Shown in pieces: positions 29,500 to 39,281 of a DNA stretch of 64,000 nucleotides (the stretch's first letter is position 1; each line of letters opens with the position of its first letter). The stretch is from IMG/VR virus record IMGVR_UViG_3300048592_001391, positions 1,513 through 65,512 of that record, one strand, 5' to 3'. The position numbers and the translations under genes are program-made. The DNA is from a virus (Duplodnaviria > Caudoviricetes). The notes below the pieces were generated by a model. That model was not told the DNA's origin. It did no database searches and saw only the letters and a program-made list of their open reading frames with translations.

Positions 29500-29739
29500 T
29501 TAGCTCTTTCTCTTGGGCTGTGCTTTGCGCGGGGGTGTTTCCACCACACGCACTACGCTATCTGGCACGGCCGTAGACTGAGCGGATTGCTCCTCCTCAG
29601 TCAACGGCCGTATCCAGCCAGCATTGAGCATAAATCTGGCACGGTCACGGCGCGGAATATGCACCACCTGACCCGCCGTAACCGTTCGGTCATTGCGGGC
29701 ATAGCGGCTCAGTGCGATATATCCAGTGCCGTTAGACAT
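29500..29739 (-). CDS. small post-capsid hypothetical protein
   Basis: TAATG-coupled to capsid gene. Confidence 0.55.
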   Translation of the reverse strand: MSNGTGYIALSRYARNDRTVTAGQVVHIPRRDRARFMLNAGWIRPLTEEEQSAQSTAVPDSVVRVVETPPRKAQPKRKS

Positions 29740-30701
29740 TAGGCCACCGCCGAAGCGAAAAAGTAACCCAGGTCAGAGCCAATCAGCTTGTAGTCAAAGG
29801 CAACTTCACCCTCGACCCGATCCACACCCAGGTGGGACAGCGGGAACCGCTTGATCCCAATGGTCGCGCCCATGCCATCGGACACACCGCGCCACAGGAA
29901 GGTGTAGCCAGCAGACACAGAGAGCAGAGACGGCCGGGGGGCGGAGTAGCACAGCAAGGCGTTCTTGCCATGCACGAAGCTGTACGCGCCCGTCGCGCCT
30001 TCTACGTTGGTGGCATAGACGCTCTTGGCAACCAGCACCCGTTCCACATCCAGAATGCCAGCCATCATGTCGGCCGTCACGCTGTCGGAACTGGTGTACT
30101 TGAACCGATCCACGAAGTCGGGGTGGTTCTTCAGGCTCTTGAACACGTCATAGCCCAAGACCAGCGTGTTGGGCAGATAGCCGGTCGAGGCCAGTACGGC
30201 CGCTTTCCCGGTCTCCACATCGGCAATAGGGGTGCTGGTGGCGTAGGTACTCCACAGGGTGAAGTCGGTGCCGCCCGTTACGTCCGTGCCCCAAATGCTG
30301 GTCGTGAAGTAGTTGGTAGCCCAGGCGCGTTCTTTGCGGACCAACAGGCGTTGGGTCACGAACTCCGTGGCTTCGCTGTCCAGGTTGATCCCGTCATCGG
30401 CATTGGCGCGTGTGTACTTGTCAATGTCTTTGTGGATCGCGTTGGGGATACAGGCATAGGTGGTCGTACTGGTGATGTTGTACCCGGAGCCAGCGGATTC
30501 GGTGCCGGAAGCGCGGGGCTTGGCCTCATCGCGGAACCAGTCGTTTTTGGTGTAGGTGCGGATGATGTCGGTCTGTTTGTCCACCGGAATGGCGGGAAAC
30601 ACCTTGTCCGCAATGAAATTGTCATGATTTTGGATGTACGCAATCGAGAGGTTGGTTAACGGCCGATTGACATGCACATCACTCGAAGTAGGTTGAGCCA
30701 T
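29739..30701 (-). CDS. major capsid protein (HK97 fold, phage_cap_E-like)
   Basis: LTNLSIAYIQ..FIADKVFPAIPV, PNTLVLG, SAGYTF; strong SD. Confidence 0.9.
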   Translation of the reverse strand: MAQPTSSDVHVNRPLTNLSIAYIQNHDNFIADKVFPAIPVDKQTDIIRTYTKNDWFRDEAKPRASGTESAGSGYNITSTTTYACIPNAIHKDIDKYTRANADDGINLDSEATEFVTQRLLVRKERAWATNYFTTSIWGTDVTGGTDFTLWSTYATSTPIADVETGKAAVLASTGYLPNTLVLGYDVFKSLKNHPDFVDRFKYTSSDSVTADMMAGILDVERVLVAKSVYATNVEGATGAYSFVHGKNALLCYSAPRPSLLSVSAGYTFLWRGVSDGMGATIGIKRFPLSHLGVDRVEGEVAFDYKLIGSDLGYFFASAVA

Positions 30702-30766
30702 GTTCTAGTCTCCTTACAGGAACGATACGGAACGGTCACTTCTCAAAAAGAGACCGTCACGCCTCA

Positions 30767-31156
30767 TTAGGCGGCACGGTGAGGTGCAGCGCAGTTGATA
30801 AGTACGGTCGCCAGTTCAGCGGCGTTGCTTGTGCCTTCCAGCACCCGACCCACCACATACTCGGTGGTATCCGTGCCAACCGTTTTGGCGTCAGCCTGAC
30901 CGTCAGCAGACGTACCAATCAGAGCGCCTACGCTCAAACCGGCGTCGCCCTGAACTTTGGTCATGCCAATCACCATCACCTCGGCGGGCATCCCGCTGGT
31001 GGGTTTGTTTTGCAGCACACCAATCGGAATGTCGGTCGCGCCGTTGCAAACCGTGCAAGTCAGGGCAGCGCCTAACTCCACGAATTTGTACTGACTGCCG
31101 CTCAAATCAGCGCCAGCAGTCAGAGTAATGCAGTATTGTCCTTGTTCAATTGCCAT
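30767..31156 (-). CDS. capsid cement/decoration protein (DUF2190-like)
   Basis: AGADLSGSQYKFV, IGVLQNKP, VVGRVLE. Confidence 0.8.
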   Translation of the reverse strand: MAIEQGQYCITLTAGADLSGSQYKFVELGAALTCTVCNGATDIPIGVLQNKPTSGMPAEVMVIGMTKVQGDAGLSVGALIGTSADGQADAKTVGTDTTEYVVGRVLEGTSNAAELATVLINCAAPHRAA

Positions 31157-31183
31157 CGTTTGTCTCCTTAATGCTCACGGCCG

Positions 31184-31753
31184 TTACGCCTGAGCGACAT
31201 ACTCCACATACAATTCAGGGTTTTGTTTCAGCACTTCGGCGTAGGCTTGTTCGTAGGTACGGCCGCCCGCTTTCATCAATTCCCGTGCTTTTGCCGCGAT
31301 CTTGTCATCGGCCGGAACATCGTTGCTGGCGCTTGTGCCTTGCTCAGCAAACAGTTTGCTTTGTGCCAACGCAGCAGCAATCTGCCCTTGTTGGTTCACG
31401 TAGGTGGCAAACGGTTCGCTGTCCTCACCGAACTGATTAGCCAGATGGCCCAGCATGGTGTGGTGTTGTGTTTCCTCACCGAACCACTGAGCGCCACCAT
31501 TGGCAATCAAATCGGCAAAGCGCCGTTCACGCGATGCGCCTTCCAGCGACGCAATGCGGGTGGATAATGCGCCCACCTGCTCGGACATCTGTTGATTGAC
31601 GCCGGTCAGTTGAGCAATCTGGGCTTCGGCAGCTTGAGCTTTTTGCTCAGCGGCCTGGCGGGCTTCTTCACTGGCTGTCAAGAGGGCTTGCACCTCATTG
31701 AATTTCACTTCCAGTTCAGCGAATGCCTGCGCGCTTTGTGTTTCTTCGCTCAT
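31184..31753 (-). CDS. nested in-frame scaffold protein
   Basis: Internal SD AAGGAG 6 nt before in-frame ATG 31753 (MSEETQSAQ), analogous to Mu gpZ and lambda Nu3. Confidence 0.65.
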   Translation of the reverse strand: MSEETQSAQAFAELEVKFNEVQALLTASEEARQAAEQKAQAAEAQIAQLTGVNQQMSEQVGALSTRIASLEGASRERRFADLIANGGAQWFGEETQHHTMLGHLANQFGEDSEPFATYVNQQGQIAAALAQSKLFAEQGTSASNDVPADDKIAAKARELMKAGGRTYEQAYAEVLKQNPELYVEYVAQA

Positions 31754-32992
31754 AACTTTCTCCTTGTGAGTATTAGCCGCGCCAGGCGCAGCCGGGATAA
31801 CAGTCTCATCAGCAACGGCCGTACGGCCGTCACCTTCTGCGTTATCGTCTTGGGCTGTGCCCTCGACATCTGCATTTACATCATGGTCGGGGGCTGCCCC
31901 CTCGACATCTGCATTGACAATCACGCCCTCACTGGCAACCAACGGCCGTAGATAGGGCGGCTTGAAGAACGGCCGTGTGGTAATCGCTCCACCCACCGCA
32001 ATGTCCTGGTGGGTTGTGCCTGTGGACGGGTCAAGCCAAACGTTGTACCACTCGGGGGAGAAGAACTTGTACTGGTCAGTCGCCAGCAAGGTGCGCCCTC
32101 GTTCCGTCCATTCGACAATGGCATCCACCGATCCATCTTCGTTGACGACCATCTCATTGATCCAGCCCGCCGCGCCGCTTAGTTTGGTCTGGTGTTCGGC
32201 GTCAATGGGGATCGGCTTCTGGTAAATACCGGCGTTGAAGTTGGACGCGAACCGCTCATTGCGTTCGCGGGTAATTACCACCTTGCCATAAGCCGGGTGC
32301 ATGTACTCGTTGGGGATGGGCATGTAGGGGATGATGGGCGGCGCTTCGGCAAAGGCCACCTCGTTGAAGAAGGCCGTCGCACGGCCGTTCTCCTCACCGG
32401 GTTGGGTGGCGCAAATGTCTGCCAGTTCCCGGTACTCCTCGAAGCCCATGCCGGATAACGGCCGTTTCACCGTGCGTCCCCCAATGGAGAAGGTCAACTC
32501 GTCAATGACCAGTGGCATGGTTGGCACTTCGGGCAAGGAGACGGCCGTACCCGCTTCCATGTAGGCCAGTGTGATGTGGGGCGTAAAGCTGTGGTTGTCG
32601 GCAAAGGGGATGTCCTGCCAGCGCAAGCGCTTCACCAGCTCCCCGCGTAGCTCAGACAGGCCAGGCACATCTACATTGGCGTAGATCACGTCACGGCCGT
32701 CAGAGGAGCGCGAGGCGTTGAACAGCCCCACCCCACCGATACGGCCGTTGAGCGGGCGAAACGATTGGGCAATCCCAGAGAAGGCCAGCAGCGCCGCAGC
32801 AGCTTGCTCGTCACTCAGGTCGTCTGCATCGGGAATGTAGGCCAGCGTAATGTGCATCTGCTCGGCAGGTACACCGCCTTCCATCGCCAGTGCCCCGGCC
32901 ACATACTCAGGCACAACGGCCGCAATCAGCAGACCGTCAAACTCGGCTTCGTCGGGAATCTCAAACAGTTCGGTCGTCGCTTGGGTAGTCAT
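31184..32992 (-). CDS. 2H phosphoesterase (Acb1/LigT-like) + Mu gpI-like prohead protease + scaffold fusion
   Basis: Two HITLAY motifs in the N-terminal ~180 aa; IPIDAEH...AAGWI...VEWT...YKFFSPEW protease; coiled-coil C-terminus. Confidence 0.85.
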   Translation of the reverse strand: MTTQATTELFEIPDEAEFDGLLIAAVVPEYVAGALAMEGGVPAEQMHITLAYIPDADDLSDEQAAAALLAFSGIAQSFRPLNGRIGGVGLFNASRSSDGRDVIYANVDVPGLSELRGELVKRLRWQDIPFADNHSFTPHITLAYMEAGTAVSLPEVPTMPLVIDELTFSIGGRTVKRPLSGMGFEEYRELADICATQPGEENGRATAFFNEVAFAEAPPIIPYMPIPNEYMHPAYGKVVITRERNERFASNFNAGIYQKPIPIDAEHQTKLSGAAGWINEMVVNEDGSVDAIVEWTERGRTLLATDQYKFFSPEWYNVWLDPSTGTTHQDIAVGGAITTRPFFKPPYLRPLVASEGVIVNADVEGAAPDHDVNADVEGTAQDDNAEGDGRTAVADETVIPAAPGAANTHKEKVMSEETQSAQAFAELEVKFNEVQALLTASEEARQAAEQKAQAAEAQIAQLTGVNQQMSEQVGALSTRIASLEGASRERRFADLIANGGAQWFGEETQHHTMLGHLANQFGEDSEPFATYVNQQGQIAAALAQSKLFAEQGTSASNDVPADDKIAAKARELMKAGGRTYEQAYAEVLKQNPELYVEYVAQA

Positions 32993-32998
32993 AGGCAG

Positions 32999-33046
32999 AA
33001 AATAAAAATGGCCTCATTCGCAAGCAGGGCTTGGGAATGAGGCCAT
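32999..33046 (-). terminator. terminator-like hairpin directly before the protease start
   Basis: ATGGCCTCATTC...GAATGAGGCCAT followed by TTTTATTTT, 6 nt before ATG 32992. Confidence 0.6.
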
Positions 33047-33241
33047 CACAGATCGCAACAGCGTATACAATTGAACGTGCCCCATCTCGGATACCATTAC
33101 AGCGTCCCCAATGGGGCTAACTATGATGTCAGCTTATAGAGTTGATTGACGGGCGGGGGTCATGTCGTTCCCCCGCCCTTGTCAGGAGAGCCACCATGTA
33201 ACACAGGTTGGCTTGCACACCATTGTAATAGCACGGCCGTT

Positions 33242-33436
33242 CTATGTCAATAACTCCGTGACGCCTTCACGCTGCGCTAACAAGGTCAGCGCTTCGTGTG
33301 CCCGGCGCAAACGGCCGTTTGCTTCTTCCATCAATACATCCACCTGCGCGTGAAGCTCCCGCACCCGCCGCCCCTCGTTGCGGATATGGGCCAGAAGCTC
33401 GGCGCTGTTCATCGAATCGTAGTCTGTGGTGTCCAT
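33242..33436 (-). CDS. hypothetical protein
   Basis: Short coiled-coil ORF with SD. Confidence 0.55.
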   Translation of the reverse strand: MDTTDYDSMNSAELLAHIRNEGRRVRELHAQVDVLMEEANGRLRRAHEALTLLAQREGVTELLT

Positions 33437-33437
33437 G

Positions 33438-33647
33438 CTATCTCCAGTTGTGGGGTTGGGGGATACAGGCGCAGTTCAACGGTACATCAACGATCATGCT
33501 CGACACAAACTGCAATGGAGCTACGGCCGTATCATCGCCGCGTTCTGCCCCATTGTGTGGCTGTTCGGGTTGTGGCCATACGGCCGTCGGGCTGTCCTTG
33601 CCCATCATCTCTTCTTGCCCAGCGGCAAGTGCGTTTAGTAAGCTCAT
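33438..33647 (-). CDS. hypothetical protein
   Basis: MSLLNALAAG start, ATGA overlap. Confidence 0.4.
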   Translation of the reverse strand: MSLLNALAAGQEEMMGKDSPTAVWPQPEQPHNGAERGDDTAVAPLQFVSSMIVDVPLNCACIPQPHNWR

Positions 33648-33823
33648 CGCAACATCCTCTTTAACGGCCGTACCGGCTTCGATACCGGGCGACCAATTGC
33701 CTCTAAGGTACGCTCCACCGCGTACACTGCCTGTAATGCTTGCTCCCGTTGGGCCAACAGAATCTGCTCGAATATCTCCACAGAAACAACGGCCGTGTCG
33801 CACGTAGGCTTTAGATCACTCAT
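33644..33823 (-). CDS. hypothetical protein
   Basis: MSDLKPT start after GAGGA. Confidence 0.5.
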   Translation of the reverse strand: MSDLKPTCDTAVVSVEIFEQILLAQREQALQAVYAVERTLEAIGRPVSKPVRPLKRMLR

Positions 33824-33824
33824 G

Positions 33825-34754
33825 CTAATCCTCAAACACCAACCCAACCGCGCAGCGGCAGTTGGGGCCAGAGGGCGGCGTTAACACCCGCTTGCCCTCA
33901 CCTGTCAGGAACGGTTCCTTCATCCGGCGCATCTGCCCGGTCATCGGCTTGCACCGCTTCTGGCTCAAGCGGTCATCGTGCGTCACCAGCCATTTGCGCC
34001 AGATGGTAGACTCCAACACATAGCCGTTGTCAATCGCATCTTCCCAAATCAACTGCTGCCCCATGCTGCTGGCACGAATGGTCTCCGTGCGGGCAATCGT
34101 CTCACCCCGATACAGCAGCAGCCGTTTGGCGTACTCCTTCGCCATGTCCTCGGCCAAATCCTTCTGTGTCCCTTTGGCAATCAGGCGGGCGCGGTAGTTC
34201 TGCACGGCAATGGCATGGCGCGGCAACAGCCCTACCGCTTCGGCCATGTACTTGGCCGCATCAGCGGGGGGAATCCCGTCCATGAACATCCGGTAGAGCG
34301 TGAAGCGCAGGGCTTCGACGGTTTGGGCGTTAACGGCCGTCACCAGTTCGGCGCTGTTGGTAGCCAGCCATGTCACGGCGCGGGGGTTGAGCAGATCGAA
34401 GGAGAGAGAGCCAGCCGCTTGCGGAATGAACTGCACCTGGCTGTTACCCGCCGCAGCCATCGCCTCGCGTAGCAGGTCAAATGAGGCGTTGGTTATTTTC
34501 TCGTCAAGGATATTCAGGTTCAGGGCATCGGCCACCAGTCGCATGTTCCGTTCCCGCACTGCCCGCGCCAGTTGGGTCAGGCTGGCTTCGCTCCCCAACT
34601 CCCCCATGACATTGGCAAACGAGGCGGCAAGTTGCGGCACGATCTCTTCCTGTACCTGCCGCAGCGCCGCCCACTGCTCATTCACCGGCGCGGCAAACTG
34701 CAACGGCCGTACCACAGGCACACGGGGAATGGGTCGGCGCGTCACCACAAACAT
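33825..34754 (-). CDS. Mu gpF/SPP1 gp7-like minor head protein
   Basis: ETIARTETIRA, KWLVTHDDR, PPSGPNCRC. Confidence 0.88.
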   Translation of the reverse strand: MFVVTRRPIPRVPVVRPLQFAAPVNEQWAALRQVQEEIVPQLAASFANVMGELGSEASLTQLARAVRERNMRLVADALNLNILDEKITNASFDLLREAMAAAGNSQVQFIPQAAGSLSFDLLNPRAVTWLATNSAELVTAVNAQTVEALRFTLYRMFMDGIPPADAAKYMAEAVGLLPRHAIAVQNYRARLIAKGTQKDLAEDMAKEYAKRLLLYRGETIARTETIRASSMGQQLIWEDAIDNGYVLESTIWRKWLVTHDDRLSQKRCKPMTGQMRRMKEPFLTGEGKRVLTPPSGPNCRCAVGLVFED

Positions 34755-36070
34755 TAGTCTCTCTCCGTCACAGGCAAGCCAGCACGTTGCAGAAAGTACG
34801 CTTCGAGGTCGTCGTTCGGGAAGAGCATCGCCCCGGCTCCCGCCAACTGCCCAATCAGTGCGCCCAACTGCCCCAAGTCCACCTGGTCAATGTCGTCATG
34901 CACCAGCATGGGCGCTGACTTCACCGACAGGTTGTTGGCCTTGAGCAAGCTGGGGATTGCGTGTTGGTTCATCACCCCCAACGGCCGTCCATCGTCACTC
35001 ACGCCGCCAATGATGTCCATCCACGCGCCCAACGCCGTTGTAAAAAGCTCGGTCTTGTTGGACGACAGGGCATAGCTCCCTACCCCGTCATGCCCCAATG
35101 TCAGGAAGTCCGCCAACATCGCCATGGCGATCCGCTGGTCGTAGTAGCGCAGGGTTTCCAGAATATCGAACTGGCGACTTCCCCCGCTGCTGAGCAGCTT
35201 CAGGTCATACAACGGCCGTCCGCTCTCATCGTAGACCATCGGGAAGACAATCCCTTCCTGCTCATCGCGCCGAATGGATGTCACGATGTCCTTGACGGCC
35301 GTCAGCACCGCCTGTTCGGCGGGGCCAGCGTTGGCGTCAAGTATCTCCGCTGGCACAAAGGCCACTGGTAGCCCGGCCAAGTCTCGCTCCACGCCAATCC
35401 CCATGATGTTCTCGAAGTTCGTCTTGAAGTACCATGGGCGATACGCCGACCGTAACAGGCTGCGTCCTTCCGGGTTGCCCTTGTTGCTCGTTGTGCGGAA
35501 GAGTATGCACTTGTTGATCCCGCTGCTGTCGGTCAGGTACAACGGCCGTCTCGGGCCACCATTCGGGTCACTCTGCCACATCCCCTGCACATTGCCGTGT
35601 TCGTCAAATATCCACTCGTCGAGCGTGTTCTGTCCCCGTAAGGCGAACTTGCGCCACCCGATACGGCCGTCGGAGTATTTGCTTCGACGGCTGGTGTCCT
35701 TCTGGGTCGGGCCATTGCGCGTCTTGTAGACAATCTCCAAGTACGCCCAGCCCCACGGGATCATGGTCAGGATTTCGCTAATGATGGTTGTGAAGTCTCG
35801 GCTCATGTCGTGCAAGCACTCGCCTACAAACTCCGCCGCCGCCACGTCCTGGGCATCGTCGGATCCAGCCACCACCCGCCATCCCACCTGCCCAATCAGC
35901 AGATTGATTGCCAACAGCACAGCGCCAACCACCGGATCATTCTCGGTCATCTGCGCCACAACCTTGCTCCACCGCGTCCCCTTCAGGTTGCGGTTGAACT
36001 CTTCCTCGATTGTCCCCCCGGAGCGTTGCAAGCCGCTCACGCCCATCTCCACCATCGGTACTTTTGCCAT
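34754..36070 (-). CDS. portal protein (Mu gp29/DUF935-like)
   Basis: GNPEGRSLLRSAYRPWYFK, GIGVERDLAGLPV, GSYALS; follows terminase. Confidence 0.9.
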   Translation of the reverse strand: MAKVPMVEMGVSGLQRSGGTIEEEFNRNLKGTRWSKVVAQMTENDPVVGAVLLAINLLIGQVGWRVVAGSDDAQDVAAAEFVGECLHDMSRDFTTIISEILTMIPWGWAYLEIVYKTRNGPTQKDTSRRSKYSDGRIGWRKFALRGQNTLDEWIFDEHGNVQGMWQSDPNGGPRRPLYLTDSSGINKCILFRTTSNKGNPEGRSLLRSAYRPWYFKTNFENIMGIGVERDLAGLPVAFVPAEILDANAGPAEQAVLTAVKDIVTSIRRDEQEGIVFPMVYDESGRPLYDLKLLSSGGSRQFDILETLRYYDQRIAMAMLADFLTLGHDGVGSYALSSNKTELFTTALGAWMDIIGGVSDDGRPLGVMNQHAIPSLLKANNLSVKSAPMLVHDDIDQVDLGQLGALIGQLAGAGAMLFPNDDLEAYFLQRAGLPVTERD

Positions 36071-36071
36071 C

Positions 36072-37421
36072 TTAATTACCCCACTTGCTTATTTTGCCCA
36101 AACCAGTGGGCGCAATATGCGGAACCTCGGGTTTGGTATCAACCATTAACTCTGTGAATCCCCACACCATGGCGTCCAACCGGTTCGGGGATTCTTCGCC
36201 CGGAACCCAGGTGCAAAGCTCGTCTTCCAGCTTCGCCAATGACCCAACCATATGCGCCCGTCCCTGCTCATACAGAGCGCCCACCGGTTCGGCGCGGGTG
36301 TATTTGCCCCGTGTTGCCCGTACCAACTTCACCGGCAGCTTGCTGCTATCGGGCATGGTGTGGATGGTATGGCGCACCATCTCGCCCCCTTGGTTGGCCT
36401 CGGCCACAATCAGGTTAGCCCGCCATTTGCTGTAAGCGGCTACGGCCGTAGCTGCCCATGTTGCCGGTGAAGCACCTGCCTCTGGTGTCACATCGTCCAG
36501 CACATAGCCATTGAGTACCCCGCCCACCTTCGCTACGCCCACGACCACAATGCCCGTTGTGCCGGTCGTCGCTGCCGGGTCAATCGCCACGACAATCTTT
36601 TCCAGCGCCGGTACATGCAGGACACGGGTCTCATCCAACATGGCGCGGTTCCACAAGGCTCCCGGCGTGTCGTCGAGGATGTGCGCCAATAGCTCTTGCC
36701 GCCCAAGGCGTGTGCCTTCGTACTTGCGGATAATCTGCTCGAAGAAGCTGGCCGCAAGATTGGCGCGGTTCTCGTAGGTGGTTCCGTGTGTCACGACACA
36801 GTGCGGATCAGATACCAGACCACGAATGACGGGGGTCGGGCGGGGGGTGGTGGCAATGGCGCATTGGGGGTTCTCACCCAGCCGCAAGCCGAACTGCAAC
36901 ATTGACCACGCATCTTCGTAGCGCCATGCCGCCAGCTCATCTACGGCCGCCCAATGGAACTGAGGGCCGCGCATACTGTCGGGCTTCTCGGCGGAGAAGA
37001 GGGTAGCCACTGTGCCATTAGGCCATGTCAGGCGACGCTTGGAGGCTACATAGTCGGGCATGAAGTCGGGCGGAGAACAGGCCAATATGCCGCTCTCCCC
37101 TTCAATCAGCACATCGCGCACATCACCGGCCGTCTGCCCCACAATTGCGCCCCGGCTCCCCGGCATCTCCCGCGCCTTGCGGATCACCCACTCGGAAATA
37201 CTGCGCGTCTTGCCGAATCCGCGCCCGGCCAGCAGCAGCCAGTATGTCCAGTTACCGGGCGGCGCAATCTGTTTCGGCCGTGCCCAGAAATCCCACCAGT
37301 AAGGCAGGTGTTCCAACTCCCGTTTGCTCAGGGCACGAAAGAAGTCATCGGCCAAGCCGGATACTTCCAGTCTCAGCGCCTGGCTCATCTCGGTTTCGGT
37401 GTCTACGGCCGTATCTACCAT
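36072..37421 (-). CDS. terminase large subunit
   Basis: AGRGFGKTR, RGPQFHWAAVDELAAW, TTPRP, VAIDPA, EANQGG, SPNRLDA. Confidence 0.96.
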   Translation of the reverse strand: MVDTAVDTETEMSQALRLEVSGLADDFFRALSKRELEHLPYWWDFWARPKQIAPPGNWTYWLLLAGRGFGKTRSISEWVIRKAREMPGSRGAIVGQTAGDVRDVLIEGESGILACSPPDFMPDYVASKRRLTWPNGTVATLFSAEKPDSMRGPQFHWAAVDELAAWRYEDAWSMLQFGLRLGENPQCAIATTPRPTPVIRGLVSDPHCVVTHGTTYENRANLAASFFEQIIRKYEGTRLGRQELLAHILDDTPGALWNRAMLDETRVLHVPALEKIVVAIDPAATTGTTGIVVVGVAKVGGVLNGYVLDDVTPEAGASPATWAATAVAAYSKWRANLIVAEANQGGEMVRHTIHTMPDSSKLPVKLVRATRGKYTRAEPVGALYEQGRAHMVGSLAKLEDELCTWVPGEESPNRLDAMVWGFTELMVDTKPEVPHIAPTGLGKISKWGN

Positions 37422-37451
37422 AACGGAACAAAGCGGAACAGTAAGAAGGCG

Positions 37452-37649
37452 TTACGGTTCCGGTATCTCCACACTGTCTAGCACATCTTCCAACTCATAC
37501 AGCCGTTCCAGTTCTTCAATCAGCCATGTGGCGAATTGGCGGGTGATGACCGCATACCCGGCAGGCGTTGGCAATCCCGCCGCCTGTCGCAGCATGTCTA
37601 TGGCATCGAACTGTTTACGGCCGTTACTCGGCTTGTTCATCTGGCTCAT
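37452..37649 (-). CDS. hypothetical protein
   Basis: MSQMNKPS start with SD AGAGGA. Confidence 0.45.
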   Translation of the reverse strand: MSQMNKPSNGRKQFDAIDMLRQAAGLPTPAGYAVITRQFATWLIEELERLYELEDVLDSVEIPEP

Positions 37650-38427
37650 CGGTTTCCTCTGCTTCTTCTGGTTGGGGCGCGTGGTTAAACGCCGCCCCCA
37701 ATGCCGCCAATCGGCGGCGCATCGTTTGCTCAAGTTCGCTGTGGTTCACTTCGCTCACTTCGGCCGTCACCGCAACGGCCGTCTGCTCCGTGTCCATGCC
37801 CAAAGCCAACCGCGCCAGCTTGTCAGCATCCAGCGACGTGCGACTGACGGCCGCAATCAGTTGGCTGATATTCGTCCAGGTAATGTCGGCGGGGTTCAGG
37901 TGGGAAAGCATCCCGTCCAGCAGCATGATCCGGGTTGTGTCGCCTACTTCCAGCAGGTCATTGGCGCGTTTGTAGGTCTTCTCGCGCCACTCTGCCTGGC
38001 GCTGCATCATCTCGCGGGCTTCCCGCGCCGCGTCCCATCGCTGGTACAGACCACACAGCACTTCCAGCGCCAACCGATACTCAGGGTGGTGTATCCAGTC
38101 CTTGTCTCGGTTGTAGAACGTCGTGCGGCTCACTACGTCCGGCCGTTTGAAGATGTCGTTGCGGCTCATGGCGGGAACGATGGAGGATTCAGCAATTGCC
38201 AACGCCGTTGCCCGCCTCCGGCTCCCCCCACTCCCAACCGCCGCCGCACGAGCCAGCCACTCGTTGACGGCCGTTGTGAATTGCCGGTCACTCTCCAGCG
38301 GGGTGCTGTCGAGAATGTCACGAACACGGGCGGTTAGTAGTGCCCGTTCGTCGGCAGTCTCTGTGTCTAGCTGAAAGTACAGGCTAGACATGGTGTAATA
38401 GGTTAGCGGCGGTGAAGCTTGAATCAA
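37624..38427 (-). CDS. putative terminase small subunit
   Basis: Position upstream of terL; HTH-like VSRTTFYN..W and helical C-terminus; start uncertain. Confidence 0.6.
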   Translation of the reverse strand: MIQASPPLTYYTMSSLYFQLDTETADERALLTARVRDILDSTPLESDRQFTTAVNEWLARAAAVGSGGSRRRATALAIAESSIVPAMSRNDIFKRPDVVSRTTFYNRDKDWIHHPEYRLALEVLCGLYQRWDAAREAREMMQRQAEWREKTYKRANDLLEVGDTTRIMLLDGMLSHLNPADITWTNISQLIAAVSRTSLDADKLARLALGMDTEQTAVAVTAEVSEVNHSELEQTMRRRLAALGAAFNHAPQPEEAEETDEPDEQAE

Positions 38428-38474
38428 ACTCGGTGGTCATACTGATCATACTCTCCCCGTGTGAATATGCGAAT

Positions 38475-38496
38475 AGAACGGATGTACACCCGTTCG
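38475..38496. promoter_or_regulatory. Tandem overlapping SOS-box-like palindrome in the divergent promoter region
   Basis: GAAC-GGAT-GTAC-ACCC-GTTC; extended -10 TGTGCTAAAAT (minus) at 38503-38513. Confidence 0.5.
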
Positions 38497-38570
38497 GACA
38501 CCATTTTAGCACATCTCGGAACAATGTGGAACGGTGTGGATAAAGTAGAGTATCATACTCTCACTACACT

Positions 38571-39281
38571 TTGGAGGTGACTGAACACATGGCAAAGCCA
38601 AAAGACAAGTATCGCAATCGGATTCAGGAGGTACGCATACTCAGGGCGGGGGAACTGCTTGACCACGAGGGCAACTGGCGGATTCATCCACAGTTTCAGC
38701 TTGAGGCGACGGAAGGCAGTCTGACCGATGTCGGCAAGGTGGATGTGCTCAAAGCGTACTACTCGGAGCGCAACGGCGGGGCGTTGACGCTGCTGGATGG
38801 ACACGGCCGTAAGAGCATCAACCCGGATGAGGAATGGACAGTCGCCATTCTCGACCTCACCGACGCCGAAGCAGACATGCAGCTTGCCCTGCACGATTCC
38901 ATTGGCGCATGGGCGCAAACCGATGCCATGAAGCTTAATGCGCTCATTGAGCAAGCGCGAGAGCGGCATAACAGCGAGAAGGCGCAGGAAGCGTTGTCAC
39001 GTCTGGCGAACAGTATTTCGGCGCAGGTGGAGTTAGCCAGGCGCATGGCCGGTGATGAGGAGGTACGCAAGCCTGCCCGTCTGGTGGAGGATTTCGAGGA
39101 AGGGATGAAACGCAAGGTGCGGGTGGTCATCCCGATTGAGGAAGGGCTGGAGCTGGTGGAAGGCGCAATCAGGATGACCGGCATTCGCAATCGCGGTGAC
39201 GCCATGATTGCCATTTGCCGTTACTTTTTGGACCACGCTGACCCTGATGGTGACTACACAGTGAGGGGCGGCGATGAATAA
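38571..39281 (+). CDS. ParB/Srx-like N-terminal domain protein
   Basis: HEGNWRIHP..Q, LLDGHGR, LDLTDAEAD; likely start MAKPKDKY after GGAGG. Confidence 0.7.
   Translation: MEVTEHMAKPKDKYRNRIQEVRILRAGELLDHEGNWRIHPQFQLEATEGSLTDVGKVDVLKAYYSERNGGALTLLDGHGRKSINPDEEWTVAILDLTDAEADMQLALHDSIGAWAQTDAMKLNALIEQARERHNSEKAQEALSRLANSISAQVELARRMAGDEEVRKPARLVEDFEEGMKRKVRVVIPIEEGLELVEGAIRMTGIRNRGDAMIAICRYFLDHADPDGDYTVRGGDE

Noticed and set aside
31859-31915. Direct repeat CCCTCGACATCTGCATT (VNADVEG twice)
   Set aside because: Short duplication in the low-complexity linker between protease and scaffold; no evidence of a separate function
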